DNA of 29,844 nt from a virus (lineage: Duplodnaviria; Heunggongvirae; Uroviricota; Caudoviricetes), in the IMG/VR virus record IMGVR_UViG_2541047968_000011. The stretch is one strand, 5' to 3'. The notes below the pieces were generated by a model. That model worked only from the letters and a program-made list of their open reading frames with translations. It did no database searches and was not told where the DNA came from. The position numbers and the translations under genes are program-made. The number at the start of each line of letters is the position of its first letter. Positions within the stretch are counted from its first letter, which is position 1. Below, one piece after another: positions 7,656-17,121 of this stretch.

Positions 7656-9385
7656 GCCGGAAATCTTACCCCAACGTAAATGCTGCCAATCAGTATGCCC
7701 GGGATGTCGTTCGCGGAAAGATTGTGGCCTGCCAGTTTGTGATTCAGGCCTGCCAGCGCCATCTTGATGACCTGATGGCGGAAAAAAGTAAGTCGTTTCG
7801 TTACCGCTTCGACAAGGACCTGGCTGAACGGGCCGCCAAATTTATTCAGCTGTTGCCGCACACCAAGGGGGAGTGGGCATTCAAGAGGATGCCCATCACG
7901 CTGGAGCCGTGGCAGCTCTTTGTGATCTGCTGCGCGTTTGGCTGGGTCAATAAAGGCTCCCGGCTGCGCCGCTTCCGTGAGGTGTACACCGAAATCCCCC
8001 GTAAGAACGGCAAATCAGCAATCTCTGCCGGTGTTGCCCTGTATTGTTTTGCCTGTGATAACGAGTTTGGCGCGGAAGTGTATTCCGGTGCCACGACAGA
8101 GAAACAGGCGTGGGAAGTCTTTCGCCCGGCGCGACTGATGTGTAAACGCACACCCATGCTGACGGAAGCGTTCGGGATTGAGGTTAACGCCTCAAACATG
8201 AACCGTCCGGAGGATGGTGCGCGGTTTGAACCGCTGATCGGTAACCCCGGTGATGGTTCATCACCCCACTGTGCCGTGGTGGATGAATATCACGAGCACG
8301 CCACAGATGCGCTTTACACCACGATGCTTACCGGGATGGGGGCGCGACGCCAGCCACTGATGTGGGCCATTACCACCGCCGGGTACAACATTGAGGGGCC
8401 GTGCTACGACAAACGGCGGGAAGTCATCGAGATGCTCAACGGCTCGGTGCCCAACGATGAACTGTTCGGGATCATCTATACCGTTGACGAAGGCGACGAC
8501 TGGACCGACCCGCAGGTACTTGAAAAAGCTAACCCGAATATCGGTGTGTCGGTTTATCGCGAGTTTTTGTTAAGCCAGCAGCAACGTGCGAAAAATAACG
8601 CCCGTCTGGCAAACGTCTTTAAAACAAAACACCTCAATATCTGGGTGTCGGCGCGTTCGGCGTATTTCAACCTGGTGAGCTGGCAGAGCTGCGAGGATAA
8701 ATCACTGACTCTTGAGCAGTTCGAGGGGCAGCCGTGCATTCTGGCCTTTGACCTGGCGCGTAAGCTGGATATGAACAGCATGGCGCGACTTTATACCCGC
8801 GAGATTGACGGTAAAACGCATTACTACAGTGTGGCCCCGCGTTTCTGGGTACCGTATGACACGGTGTATAGCGTCGAGAAAAATGAAGATCGCCGGACAG
8901 CCGAACGCTTTCAGAAATGGGTGGAAATGGGCGTTCTGACCGTTACCGATGGTGCAGAGGTGGATTATCGCTACATCCTCGAAGAGGCCAAAGCGGCGAA
9001 CAAAATCAGCCCGGTCAGTGAGTCACCCATCGACCCTTTCGGAGCGACCGGGCTGTCACATGACCTTGCTGATGAAGACCTGAACCCCGTCACCATCATT
9101 CAGAACTACACCAACATGTCCGACCCGATGAAAGAGCTGGAAGCGGCAATTGAATCGGGGCGCTTTCATCATGATGGCAATCCCATCATGACCTGGTGTA
9201 TCGGCAACGTGGTCGGAAAAACCATTCCGGGTAACGATGATGTGGTGAAGCCCGTCAAAGAGCAGGCGGAAAACAAAATTGATGGTGCAGTTGCGCTGAT
9301 TATGGCGGTTGGCAGAGCCATGCTGTACGAGAAAGAAGACACGCTGTCTGACCACATTGAGTCCTATGGGATCCGCTCGCTTTAA
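7652..9385 (+). CDS. Terminase large subunit
   Basis: 577 aa with an ATPase N-terminal region and nuclease C-terminal region, in the canonical TerS-TerL-portal order. Confidence 0.9.
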
Positions 9386-9396
9386 CTGAGGTAATT

Positions 9397-9579
9397 ATGA
9401 TCATGCTGATTCTCGCGCCTCTGGTGGGCGTGCTGGGGGCGCTTTTGCTGGCGTATGGTGCCTGGCTGATTTATCCCCCGGCGGGGTTTGTTGTTGCCGG
9501 GGCGTTGTGTCTGTTCTGGTCGTGGCTGGTGGCGCGATATCTCGACCGTACACAGTCGTCTGTCGGCGGAGGTAAATAG
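9397..9579 (+). CDS. Small hypothetical membrane protein (60 aa)
   Basis: Two hydrophobic segments; fits exactly between terL and the portal gene. Confidence 0.4.
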
Positions 9580-10820
9580 TGTTCTTTTCGGGATTATTTC
9601 AACGAAAAAGTGACGCACCGGTGACCACGCCAGCAGAGCTGGCGGATGCTATCGGGTTGTCCTACGACACCTATACCGGAAAGCAGATCAGCAGCCAGCG
9701 GGCCATGCGACTGACGGCGGTTTTTTCCTGTGTCAGGGTGCTGGCGGAGTCGGTCGGGATGTTGCCCTGCAACCTGTATCACCTGAACGGCAGTCTGAAG
9801 CAGAGAGCCGCTGGCGAACGTCTGCATAAGCTGATCTCCACGCATCCCAATGGCTATATGACGCCGCAGGAGTTCTGGGAGCTGGTGGTCACCTGTCTGT
9901 GCCTGCGGGGAAACTTTTACGCCTACAAAGTGAAAGCATTTGGCGAAGTGGCTGAACTGCTGCCCGTCGATCCCGGCTGTGTGGTACCGAAGCTTAACAG
10001 TAGCTGGGAGCCGGTCTATCAGGTCACATTCCCGGATGGCTCCACGGATGTACTGAGCCAGGAGGATATCTGGCATGTGCGCACGCTGACGCTGGACGGA
10101 CTGGTGGGGCTGAATCCCATCGCCTATGCCCGCGAGGCAATATCGCTGGCGGCAGCGACCGAAGAGCACGGGGCCAGACTGTTCAGCAATGGCGCGGTGA
10201 CGTCGGGTGTGTTGCGTACAGAGCAGACGCTGTCAGATCAGGCTTATGAGCGCCTGAAGAAAGATTTTGAGGAGCGTCACACCGGGCTTGGCAATGCTCA
10301 CCGCCCGATGATCCTTGAGATGGGGCTGGACTGGAAGTCGATGGCGCTGAACGCCGAGGACAGCCAGTTCCTGGAAACCCGCAAGTTTCAGCTTGAAGAA
10401 ATCTGTCGTCTGTTCCGGGTGCCGTTGCACATGGTGCAGAACACCGATCGCGCCACCTTCAACAATATCGAAGAGCTGGGGCTGGGATTTATCAACTATT
10501 CACTGGTGCCGTATCTGACCCGCATTGAGCAGCGGATCAACACCGGACTGGTACGAAAAAGTAAGCAGGGCGTTTATTACGCCAAATTTAACGCCGGGGC
10601 CTTACTGCGCGGGGATATGAAGTCCCGTTTTGAAGCCTACGCTACCGGGATCAATTGGGGAATTTACTCTCCCAATGACTGCCGCGACCTGGAAGATATG
10701 AATCCGCGTCCCGGTGGTGATGTCTATCTCACACCGATGAACATGACCACGAAACCCTCCGATGGCAGTAAAGCCGGTAAGCAGAAGGATAACGCTAATG
10801 CAGACGAAACAACGTCTTGA
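9579..10820 (+). CDS. Portal protein (HK97-family-like)
   Basis: 413 aa, positioned after terL. GTG start with GGAGG 7 nt upstream. Confidence 0.88.
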   Translation: MFFSGLFQRKSDAPVTTPAELADAIGLSYDTYTGKQISSQRAMRLTAVFSCVRVLAESVGMLPCNLYHLNGSLKQRAAGERLHKLISTHPNGYMTPQEFWELVVTCLCLRGNFYAYKVKAFGEVAELLPVDPGCVVPKLNSSWEPVYQVTFPDGSTDVLSQEDIWHVRTLTLDGLVGLNPIAYAREAISLAAATEEHGARLFSNGAVTSGVLRTEQTLSDQAYERLKKDFEERHTGLGNAHRPMILEMGLDWKSMALNAEDSQFLETRKFQLEEICRLFRVPLHMVQNTDRATFNNIEELGLGFINYSLVPYLTRIEQRINTGLVRKSKQGVYYAKFNAGALLRGDMKSRFEAYATGINWGIYSPNDCRDLEDMNPRPGGDVYLTPMNMTTKPSDGSKAGKQKDNANADETTS

Positions 10821-11448
10821 TGTACCGCTGAGTCTGAAATCTGTCAGTGACTCCGGTGAGTTTGAAGGGTATGGCTCCGTCTTTGGTGTAAAGGACAGCC
10901 ACGATGATGTGGTGATGTCAGGGGCATTTGCCGCTTCCCTGCGGGCGTGGAGTGACAGAAAAGCGTTACCTGCGCTGCTCTGGCAGCACCGCATGGATGA
11001 ACCCATCGGTGTTTACACCGAAATGAAGGAAGACGATGTCGGGCTTTACGTCAGGGGACGGTTGCTTATTGATGATGATCCCCTCGCAAAACGCGCACAT
11101 GCACACATGAAGGCCGGTTCGTTAACCGGCCTTTCTATTGGGTACGTCCTGAAAGACTGGGAATACGACCGGACGAAAGAAGCCTTTCTGCTGAAAGAAA
11201 TCGACCTCTGGGAAGTCAGTCTGGTGACGTTCCCGTCTAACGACGAGGCGCGGATCAGCGACGTCAAGAACGCGCTGGCCCGCGGGGAAATCCCCGAACA
11301 GAAAAAAATCGAAAGAGTCCTGCGTGATGTCGGACTCTCCCGTACCCAGGCCAAAGCATTCATGGCCGGGGGCTATGGCGCACTGTCCCTGCGCGACGCT
11401 GAGGATGTGGGCTCTGCACTGAATGCACTGAAAAATCTGAACTTCTAA
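10798..11448 (+). CDS. Prohead protease (HK97-type)
   Basis: About 216 aa between portal and major capsid genes. ATG at 10798 is preferred over the track start at 10762. Confidence 0.8.
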   Translation: MQTKQRLDVPLSLKSVSDSGEFEGYGSVFGVKDSHDDVVMSGAFAASLRAWSDRKALPALLWQHRMDEPIGVYTEMKEDDVGLYVRGRLLIDDDPLAKRAHAHMKAGSLTGLSIGYVLKDWEYDRTKEAFLLKEIDLWEVSLVTFPSNDEARISDVKNALARGEIPEQKKIERVLRDVGLSRTQAKAFMAGGYGALSLRDAEDVGSALNALKNLNF

Positions 11449-11462
11449 TCAGGAGAAATACG

Positions 11463-12668
11463 ATGGCGGTTGATATTAAAGATGTCGAACAGGTCGCGCA
11501 GGAGCTGCAGCAGAAGTTTGACGACTTCAAAGCAAAGAACGACAAGCGCGTGGATGCGATTGAGCAGGAAAAAGGCAAGCTTGCCGGGCAGGTGGAAACC
11601 CTGAACGGGAAACTCAGCGAGCTGGAAAATCTCAAAAGCGACCTTGAAAAAGAGCTGCTTGAGCTGAAACGTCCGGCAGGTGGAGCGCAAAATAAACTGG
11701 CCACCGAGCATAAAGAGGCGTTTGTGGGCTTCCTGCGTAAAGGCCGTGAAGACGGTCTGCGCGATCTGGAGCGTAAGGCATTGCAGGTGGGTACCGATGA
11801 AGACGGTGGCTACGCCGTGCCGGAAGAACTGGATCGCAACATTCTTAACCTGCTGAAAGATGAAGTGGTGATGCGTCAGGAAGCCACGGTGATCACCGTT
11901 GGCGGTTCCGACTACAAAAAACTGGTGAATCTGGGCGGTACGGCTTCCGGATGGGTGGGGGAAACGGATACGCGATCCCAGACTGCCACCTCCAGACTGG
12001 AGCTGATTGAACCTCTCATGGGGGAAATCTACGGCAACCCGCAGGCTACCCAGAAAATGCTGGACGATGCCTTCTTCAACGTGGAGGCCTGGATCAACAG
12101 CGAGCTGGCAACCGAATTTGCCGAACAGGAAGAAATTGCCTTTACCTCAGGCGATGGCACCAAGAAGCCGAAAGGGTTCCTGGCGTATGAATCCACTGAT
12201 GAAACCGACAAGGTCCGGGCGTTCGGCAAACTTCAGCATATTGTATCCGGCGAAGCGACCGCGGTGACCGCAGACGCCATTATCAAACTGATTTACACGC
12301 TGCGTAAGGCACACCGCACTGGCGCGAAGTTCATGATGAACAACAACAGCCTGTTTGCCATCCGTCTGCTGAAAGACACAGAGGGTAACTATCTGTGGCG
12401 TCCGGGGCTGGAACTGGGGCAGCCGTCCTCTCTGGCGGGTTACGGTATCGCTGAAAACGAACAGATGCCGGATATCGCCGCTGATGCGAAAGCCATTGCA
12501 TTTGGTAACTTCAAACGGGGTTACACCATCGTTGACCGTATCGGCACCCGCATTCTGCGTGACCCGTACACCAATAAACCGTTTGTCGGTTTTTATACCA
12601 CCAAGCGCACCGGCGGGATGCTGGTCGATTCGCAGGCCATCAAACTGCTGAAGATTGCAGCGGCGTAA
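11463..12668 (+). CDS. Major capsid protein (HK97 fold)
   Basis: 401 aa with a coiled-coil/delta-domain-like N-terminus (EQVAQELQQKFDDFKAKNDKR...) followed by the capsid domain. AGGAG RBS; follows the protease gene. Confidence 0.9.
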   Translation: MAVDIKDVEQVAQELQQKFDDFKAKNDKRVDAIEQEKGKLAGQVETLNGKLSELENLKSDLEKELLELKRPAGGAQNKLATEHKEAFVGFLRKGREDGLRDLERKALQVGTDEDGGYAVPEELDRNILNLLKDEVVMRQEATVITVGGSDYKKLVNLGGTASGWVGETDTRSQTATSRLELIEPLMGEIYGNPQATQKMLDDAFFNVEAWINSELATEFAEQEEIAFTSGDGTKKPKGFLAYESTDETDKVRAFGKLQHIVSGEATAVTADAIIKLIYTLRKAHRTGAKFMMNNNSLFAIRLLKDTEGNYLWRPGLELGQPSSLAGYGIAENEQMPDIAADAKAIAFGNFKRGYTIVDRIGTRILRDPYTNKPFVGFYTTKRTGGMLVDSQAIKLLKIAAA

Positions 12669-12675
12669 TCACTCA

Positions 12676-12695
12676 GGGGCGTGGAACCGCGCCCC
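12676..12695 (+). terminator. Hairpin (ggggcg/cgcccc) after the major capsid gene; attenuator or terminator-like
   Basis: 6-bp GC stem with an 8-nt loop directly after the capsid stop; it lacks a clean U-tract. Confidence 0.3.
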
Positions 12696-12717
12696 CTGTT
12701 CTGACGGGTGAAGAATC

Positions 12718-12945
12718 ATGATCCTGAAACAAGATCTGAAATGGTCACCGGACGGTATGCGTGTTGAGGTCATTCAGGCCGGTGAGTATGACGACGGGGC
12801 GCTTCCTGCCCGGGTGCAGGAGATTGCACTTCAGGCCGGGTTAGCAGAGCGCGGAATCAGTGCAAAAAGCAGTAAAGCGGCAAAAGAGAAAAAGCCACGA
12901 CCAGTAAAGAGGGCTGAGTATGCTTCTGACAATGGAAGAGATTAA
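12718..12945 (+). CDS. Hypothetical small head-associated protein (75 aa)
   Basis: ORF fitting between the capsid and connector genes; Lys-rich C-terminus. Confidence 0.35.
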   Translation: MILKQDLKWSPDGMRVEVIQAGEYDDGALPARVQEIALQAGLAERGISAKSSKAAKEKKPRPVKRAEYASDNGRD

Positions 12946-13243
12946 AGCCCAACTCCGGCTGGATGAGGATTTCGATACTGATGACCGCCATCTGCAACTG
13001 CTGGCATGTGCGGCACAAAAGCGGACGGAAACGTATCTGAACCGGAAGCTCTATGCACCGGATGAAACCATTCCGGACAGCGATCCGGACGGGCTGCACC
13101 TGCCGGATGATATTCGTCTGGGGATGCTGATGCTTATCAGCCATTTTTACGAAAACCGCTCGTCGGTTACGGAAGTGGAGAAACTCGACATGCCGCAGAG
13201 TTTTGGCTGGCTTGTCGGCCCGTACAGGTACTTTCCGCAATGA
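12920..13243 (+). CDS. Head-tail connector protein (gp6-like)
   Basis: 107 aa in the conserved position after the major capsid gene; AAGAGGG RBS. Confidence 0.65.
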   Translation: MLLTMEEIKAQLRLDEDFDTDDRHLQLLACAAQKRTETYLNRKLYAPDETIPDSDPDGLHLPDDIRLGMLMLISHFYENRSSVTEVEKLDMPQSFGWLVGPYRYFPQ

Positions 13244-13650
13244 AAATTCGTCAGGCGCAGACCAGCGCAACCTACATTCTGCCGGACCCCGGTGAACTGA
13301 ATAAACGCGTCCTGATCCGCCTGCGGGTGGATATGCCCGCGGATAACTTTGGCGTGGAGCCTCAATACCCGGTTACGTTCCGGACATGGGCGAAGGTTAT
13401 CCAGACCAGTGCCACCACCTGGCAGGAAACCGCGCAGACCGGGGACGCCATCACCCATTACATCACCATTCGTTACCGCCGGGGGATCACCGCTGATTAT
13501 GAGGTGGTCTGCGGTGACAGTGTGTACCGGGTGAAACGTCAGCGCGATCTGAACGGGGCGCGGCGCTTTCTGCTGCTGGAGTGTACGGAGCTGGGCGAAT
13601 GTAGGCAGAGTCACGGAGGCAACAATGACGACTTCCTTTTTGCACGTTGA
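13240..13650 (+). CDS. Head closure / head-tail adaptor protein
   Basis: 136 aa, overlapping neighbours in operon fashion. Confidence 0.65.
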   Translation: MKIRQAQTSATYILPDPGELNKRVLIRLRVDMPADNFGVEPQYPVTFRTWAKVIQTSATTWQETAQTGDAITHYITIRYRRGITADYEVVCGDSVYRVKRQRDLNGARRFLLLECTELGECRQSHGGNNDDFLFAR

Positions 13651-14131
13651 TTTTCAGCAGCCCGCGGAGATGCGCTTTAACCGCGCCCGTGTCCGGCGGG
13701 CGTTTGTCACGATTGGTCAGCGTCATATGCGTGATGCCCGTCGGCTGGTGATGCGCCGTGCGCGGTCGGCACCGGGTGAAAACCCCGGTTATCAGACCGG
13801 ACGCCTGGCTCGTTCGATTGGTTACATGGTACCCAGAGCCAGTAAACATCGCCCTGGTTTTATGGCACGTATAGCCCCTAACCAGCGTAATGGAGAGGGA
13901 AACCGCCGTATCACCGGTGATTTTTATCCGGCTTTTTTGTTCTATGGCGTGAGGCGAGGGGCAAAGCGTCGTCGCAGCCATCATCGTGGTGCATCCGGTG
14001 GCAGCGGCTGGCGACTGGCTCCACGTAATAACTTCATGGTGGAAACGCTTGAAAAGAACCGCAGCTGGACACGCTATTTTCTGGCGCGGGAATTGCGTAA
14101 ATCACTGAAGCCGGAGCGACGACACAGATGA
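13625..14131 (+). CDS. Tail-completion/neck protein (HK97 gp10-like)
   Basis: 168-aa basic protein with a GGAGG RBS, between head-completion and tail genes. Confidence 0.55.
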   Translation: MTTSFLHVDFQQPAEMRFNRARVRRAFVTIGQRHMRDARRLVMRRARSAPGENPGYQTGRLARSIGYMVPRASKHRPGFMARIAPNQRNGEGNRRITGDFYPAFLFYGVRRGAKRRRSHHRGASGGSGWRLAPRNNFMVETLEKNRSWTRYFLARELRKSLKPERRHR

Positions 14132-14688
14132 AACTGACGCCTGTTATTGCTGCACTGCGTGCCCGCTGTCCGTATTTTGAAAACCGGGTTGCAGGCGCGG
14201 CCCAGTTCAAAAATCTGCCGGAGGTCGGAAAGCTGAAACTCCCGGCGGCATATGTTGTACCGGGTGATGATTCTCCGGGAGAAAACAAAAGCCAGACCGA
14301 CTACTGGCAGGAGCTGAAAGAGGGTTTCTCCGTGGTTGTCATACTGAATAACGGGCGTGATGAGCGCGGTCAGTTTGCCTCGTATGATGTGGTGGACGAT
14401 GTCCGGCAGATGCTCTTTAAGGCTCTGCTGGGCTGGAACCCGGAGGCGTGCGGTAACCCGATTACCTATGACGGCGGCACGCTGCTGGATCTGAATCGTC
14501 ATGAGCTGATTTATCAGTTCGATTTTTCGGTCATCAGCGAGCTGACTGAAGACGATACCCGCCAGCAGGATGATCTGAACAGTCTGGATGAACTGCAAAC
14601 GCTGGCGATTGATGTTGATTATCTTGAGCCCGGTAACGGGCCTGACGGCGATCTCGAACATCACACCGAAATAACCCTTCCTTCCTGA
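14128..14688 (+). CDS. Tail-associated protein (Mu gp37/DUF1834-like)
   Basis: 186 aa directly upstream of the small DUF2635-like ORF and the sheath gene, as in Mu-like tail modules. Confidence 0.5.
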   Translation: MKLTPVIAALRARCPYFENRVAGAAQFKNLPEVGKLKLPAAYVVPGDDSPGENKSQTDYWQELKEGFSVVVILNNGRDERGQFASYDVVDDVRQMLFKALLGWNPEACGNPITYDGGTLLDLNRHELIYQFDFSVISELTEDDTRQQDDLNSLDELQTLAIDVDYLEPGNGPDGDLEHHTEITLPS

Positions 14689-14696
14689 GGATCCTC

Positions 14697-14867
14697 ATGT
14701 TTGTCAAACCTGTTAAAGGGCGGTCAGTTCCTGATCCTGCCCGCGGCGACCTTTTGCCCGCCGAAGGGCGAAATGTTGACGAGAACAACTACTGGCTGCG
14801 CCGTGAAGCAGCGGGTGATATCCGGCGCGTGAATAAAAAGGTGAATACCGATGACGATAAGCTTTAA
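14697..14867 (+). CDS. Small conserved tail-module protein (DUF2635-like, 56 aa)
   Basis: Hand-translated (below the ORF-track length cut-off): MFVKPVKGRSVPDPARGDLLPAEGRNVDENNYWLRREAAGDIRRVNKKVNTDDDKL. GAGG RBS; overlaps the sheath start, as is typical upstream of Mu-type sheath genes. Confidence 0.5.
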   Translation: MFVKPVKGRSVPDPARGDLLPAEGRNVDENNYWLRREAAGDIRRVNKKVNTDDDKL

Positions 14868-16347
14868 CACCATTCCGTCGAATACGCTGGTTCCGTTGTT
14901 TTATGCGGAAATGGATAACTCGGCGGCGAATACTGCACAGGACAGCGGAGCATCGCTGCTGATTGGTCATGCCAATAACGGTGCAGAGATTGTTGCCAAC
15001 AGTCTGGTACTGATGCCGTCGGCAGACTATGCACGCCAGATTTGTGGTGCGGGAAGTCAGCTGGCGCGTATGGTCGAGGCTTATCGCCAGACCGACCCGT
15101 TTGGTGAGCTGTATGTGATTGCCGTTCCTGAATCCACAGGCGCGGCGGCAACGGTTACGCTGACGGTGACCGGGGCGGCAACCGAAACCGGCACGGTGAA
15201 TGTCTATGTGGGACGTACCCGCGTGCAGGCTCCGGTGACCAACGGCGATAACGTCACGACGATTGCCAGCAGTATCAAAGATGCCATCAATGCCGTTCCG
15301 GCCCTGCCGTTTACGGCTTCATCTTCGGCAGGCGTGGTCACACTGACCGCGCGTCATAAGGGGCTTTGCGGGAATGAAATTCCTGTCAGCCTCAATTACT
15401 ACGGCTTTGGTGGGGGCGAAGTGCTGCCAGCGGGCGTACAGATTGCCGTGGCGACGGGGACCGCCGGAACGGGCTCTCCTGTTCTCACCGGCGCGGTGGC
15501 TGCAATGGCGGATGAGCCGTTTGATTATATCGGCCTACCGTTCAACGACACGGCCTCCGTTAACACGCTGGTGACCGAGATGAACGATACCAGCGGTCGC
15601 TGGAGCTATGCGCGTCAGCTGTATGGTCATGTGTATACGGCAAAGATCGGCTCGCTGTCAGAACTGGTGACCGCAGGTGACCAGTTTAACCAGCAGCACA
15701 TTACCCTGGCGGGGTACGAAAAAGAGACCCAGACGCCTGCCGACGAGCTGGCGGCAAGCCGTACCGCCCGCGCAGCGGTGTTTATTCGCAACGATCCGGC
15801 ACGTCCCACGCAGACCGGTGAGCTGGTGGGTATGCTGCCTGCGCCGAAGGGGAAACGGTTCACGATGACCGAGCAACAGACCCTGCTGTCTCATGGCGTG
15901 GCAACGGCGTATGTCGAAAGCGGGGTACTGCGCATTCAGCGTGATGTCACCACGTACAGGAAAAACGCTTACGGGGTTGCGGATAACAGCTACCTTGACA
16001 GTGAGACATTGCATACCAGCGCGTATGTACTGCGCAAACTGAAATCCGTCATTACCAGTAAGTACGGGCGTCACAAGCTTGCCAGTGACGGTACCCGCTT
16101 TGGTCCCGGTCAGGCGATTGTCACCCCGGCGGTGATCAAAGGGGAACTGCTGGCAACCTACCGTCAGCTTGAGCGTGCGGGGATCGTGGAAAACTACGAA
16201 CTGTTTAAGCAGTACCTGGTTGTGGAGCGTGATGCCAGCGTTCCGAACCGCCTGAACACGCTGTTCCCGCCTGACTATGTTAACCAGTTGCGTGTCTTTG
16301 CCGTGGTTAACCAGTTCCGTCTTCAGTATTCAGAGGAGTCCGCATAA
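14851..16347 (+). CDS. Contractile tail sheath protein (Mu gpL-like)
   Basis: 498 aa with N-terminus MTISFNTIPSNTLVPLFYAEMDNS... resembling Mu-type sheath proteins; followed by the tube gene. Confidence 0.85.
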   Translation: MTISFNTIPSNTLVPLFYAEMDNSAANTAQDSGASLLIGHANNGAEIVANSLVLMPSADYARQICGAGSQLARMVEAYRQTDPFGELYVIAVPESTGAAATVTLTVTGAATETGTVNVYVGRTRVQAPVTNGDNVTTIASSIKDAINAVPALPFTASSSAGVVTLTARHKGLCGNEIPVSLNYYGFGGGEVLPAGVQIAVATGTAGTGSPVLTGAVAAMADEPFDYIGLPFNDTASVNTLVTEMNDTSGRWSYARQLYGHVYTAKIGSLSELVTAGDQFNQQHITLAGYEKETQTPADELAASRTARAAVFIRNDPARPTQTGELVGMLPAPKGKRFTMTEQQTLLSHGVATAYVESGVLRIQRDVTTYRKNAYGVADNSYLDSETLHTSAYVLRKLKSVITSKYGRHKLASDGTRFGPGQAIVTPAVIKGELLATYRQLERAGIVENYELFKQYLVVERDASVPNRLNTLFPPDYVNQLRVFAVVNQFRLQYSEESA

Positions 16348-16703
16348 TGGCCCGTATCGGGGGAACCTGTTATTTCAAAATTGACGGTCAGCAGCTATCG
16401 CTGACCGGCGGCATTGAGGTGCCCATGAACAGGACGGTCAATGATGACATCATCGGCCTGGACGGTTCAGTGGACCGCAAGGAAACTCACCGTGCGCCCT
16501 ATGTTAAAGGGACCTTCAAGGTGCCGAAGAATTTTCCGGTGAGCAAAATCACCTCGTCTGATGAGATGACCATCACTGCCGAGCTGGCGAACGGTCAGGT
16601 CTATGTACTGTCGTCTGCCTGGCTGCACGGCGAAGCGAACCATAATGCCGAAGAAGGCACGGTCGATCTTGAGTTCCACGGTGAAGAAGGGGATTACCAG
16701 TAA
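16347..16703 (+). CDS. Tail tube protein (Mu gpM-like)
   Basis: 118 aa immediately after the sheath gene, with overlapping stop/start. Confidence 0.8.
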   Translation: MARIGGTCYFKIDGQQLSLTGGIEVPMNRTVNDDIIGLDGSVDRKETHRAPYVKGTFKVPKNFPVSKITSSDEMTITAELANGQVYVLSSAWLHGEANHNAEEGTVDLEFHGEEGDYQ

Positions 16704-16972
16704 TGAAAGAGCTTGAGTTAAAGAAACCGATTACCGCTCATGGCGAGACACTCTCCGTACTGGAGTTTGATGAGCCCACCGGGAAAGATGTCCGCGAGCT
16801 GGGGTATCCCTACCAGATGAATCAGGATGAGTCCGTCAGACTTCTGGCGCATGTGGTATCGAAATACATTGTGCGGCTGGCGAAAGTGCCGCAAAACTCT
16901 GTCGACCAGATGTCTCCGGCAGACCTGAATGCAGCGGCGTGGCTTGTGGCTGGTTTTTTCCTCCAGGCCTGA
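16703..16972 (+). CDS. Tail assembly chaperone (G-like, short product)
   Basis: 89-aa ORF between the tube and tape-measure genes, ending in a region that overlaps a -1 frame ORF. Confidence 0.65.
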   Translation: MKELELKKPITAHGETLSVLEFDEPTGKDVRELGYPYQMNQDESVRLLAHVVSKYIVRLAKVPQNSVDQMSPADLNAAAWLVAGFFLQA

Positions 16973-17121
16973 CGGCTGAATACCTCACTGATCGCTTCTT
17001 TGACTGCGCCAGCTACTGGCGCATTAATCCCTTCGAATTGCTGAATATGCCGATCAGTGAAATTCCCTTGCTGGTCAGTCAGGCAAACAGGATAGAGCAG
17101 GAGAAACGCACACATGGCTGA
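16703..17121 (+). CDS. Tail assembly chaperone, predicted -1 frameshift fusion product (GT-like)
   Basis: Slippery heptamer T_TTT_TTC at 16954-16960 in the zero frame of the upstream ORF. The -1 frame stays open to 17121 and overlaps the tape-measure start. Confidence 0.5.

Noticed and set aside
9594-10169. 191-aa minus-strand ORF inside the portal gene; similar long antisense ORFs at 10602-11006, 13147-13614, 13487-13984, 14074-14664, 19690-20187 and 21917-22375
   Set aside because: All lie fully antisense to well-supported structural genes in GC-rich DNA, lack an RBS and have low-complexity Arg/Pro/Gly-rich translations; these are shadow ORFs.
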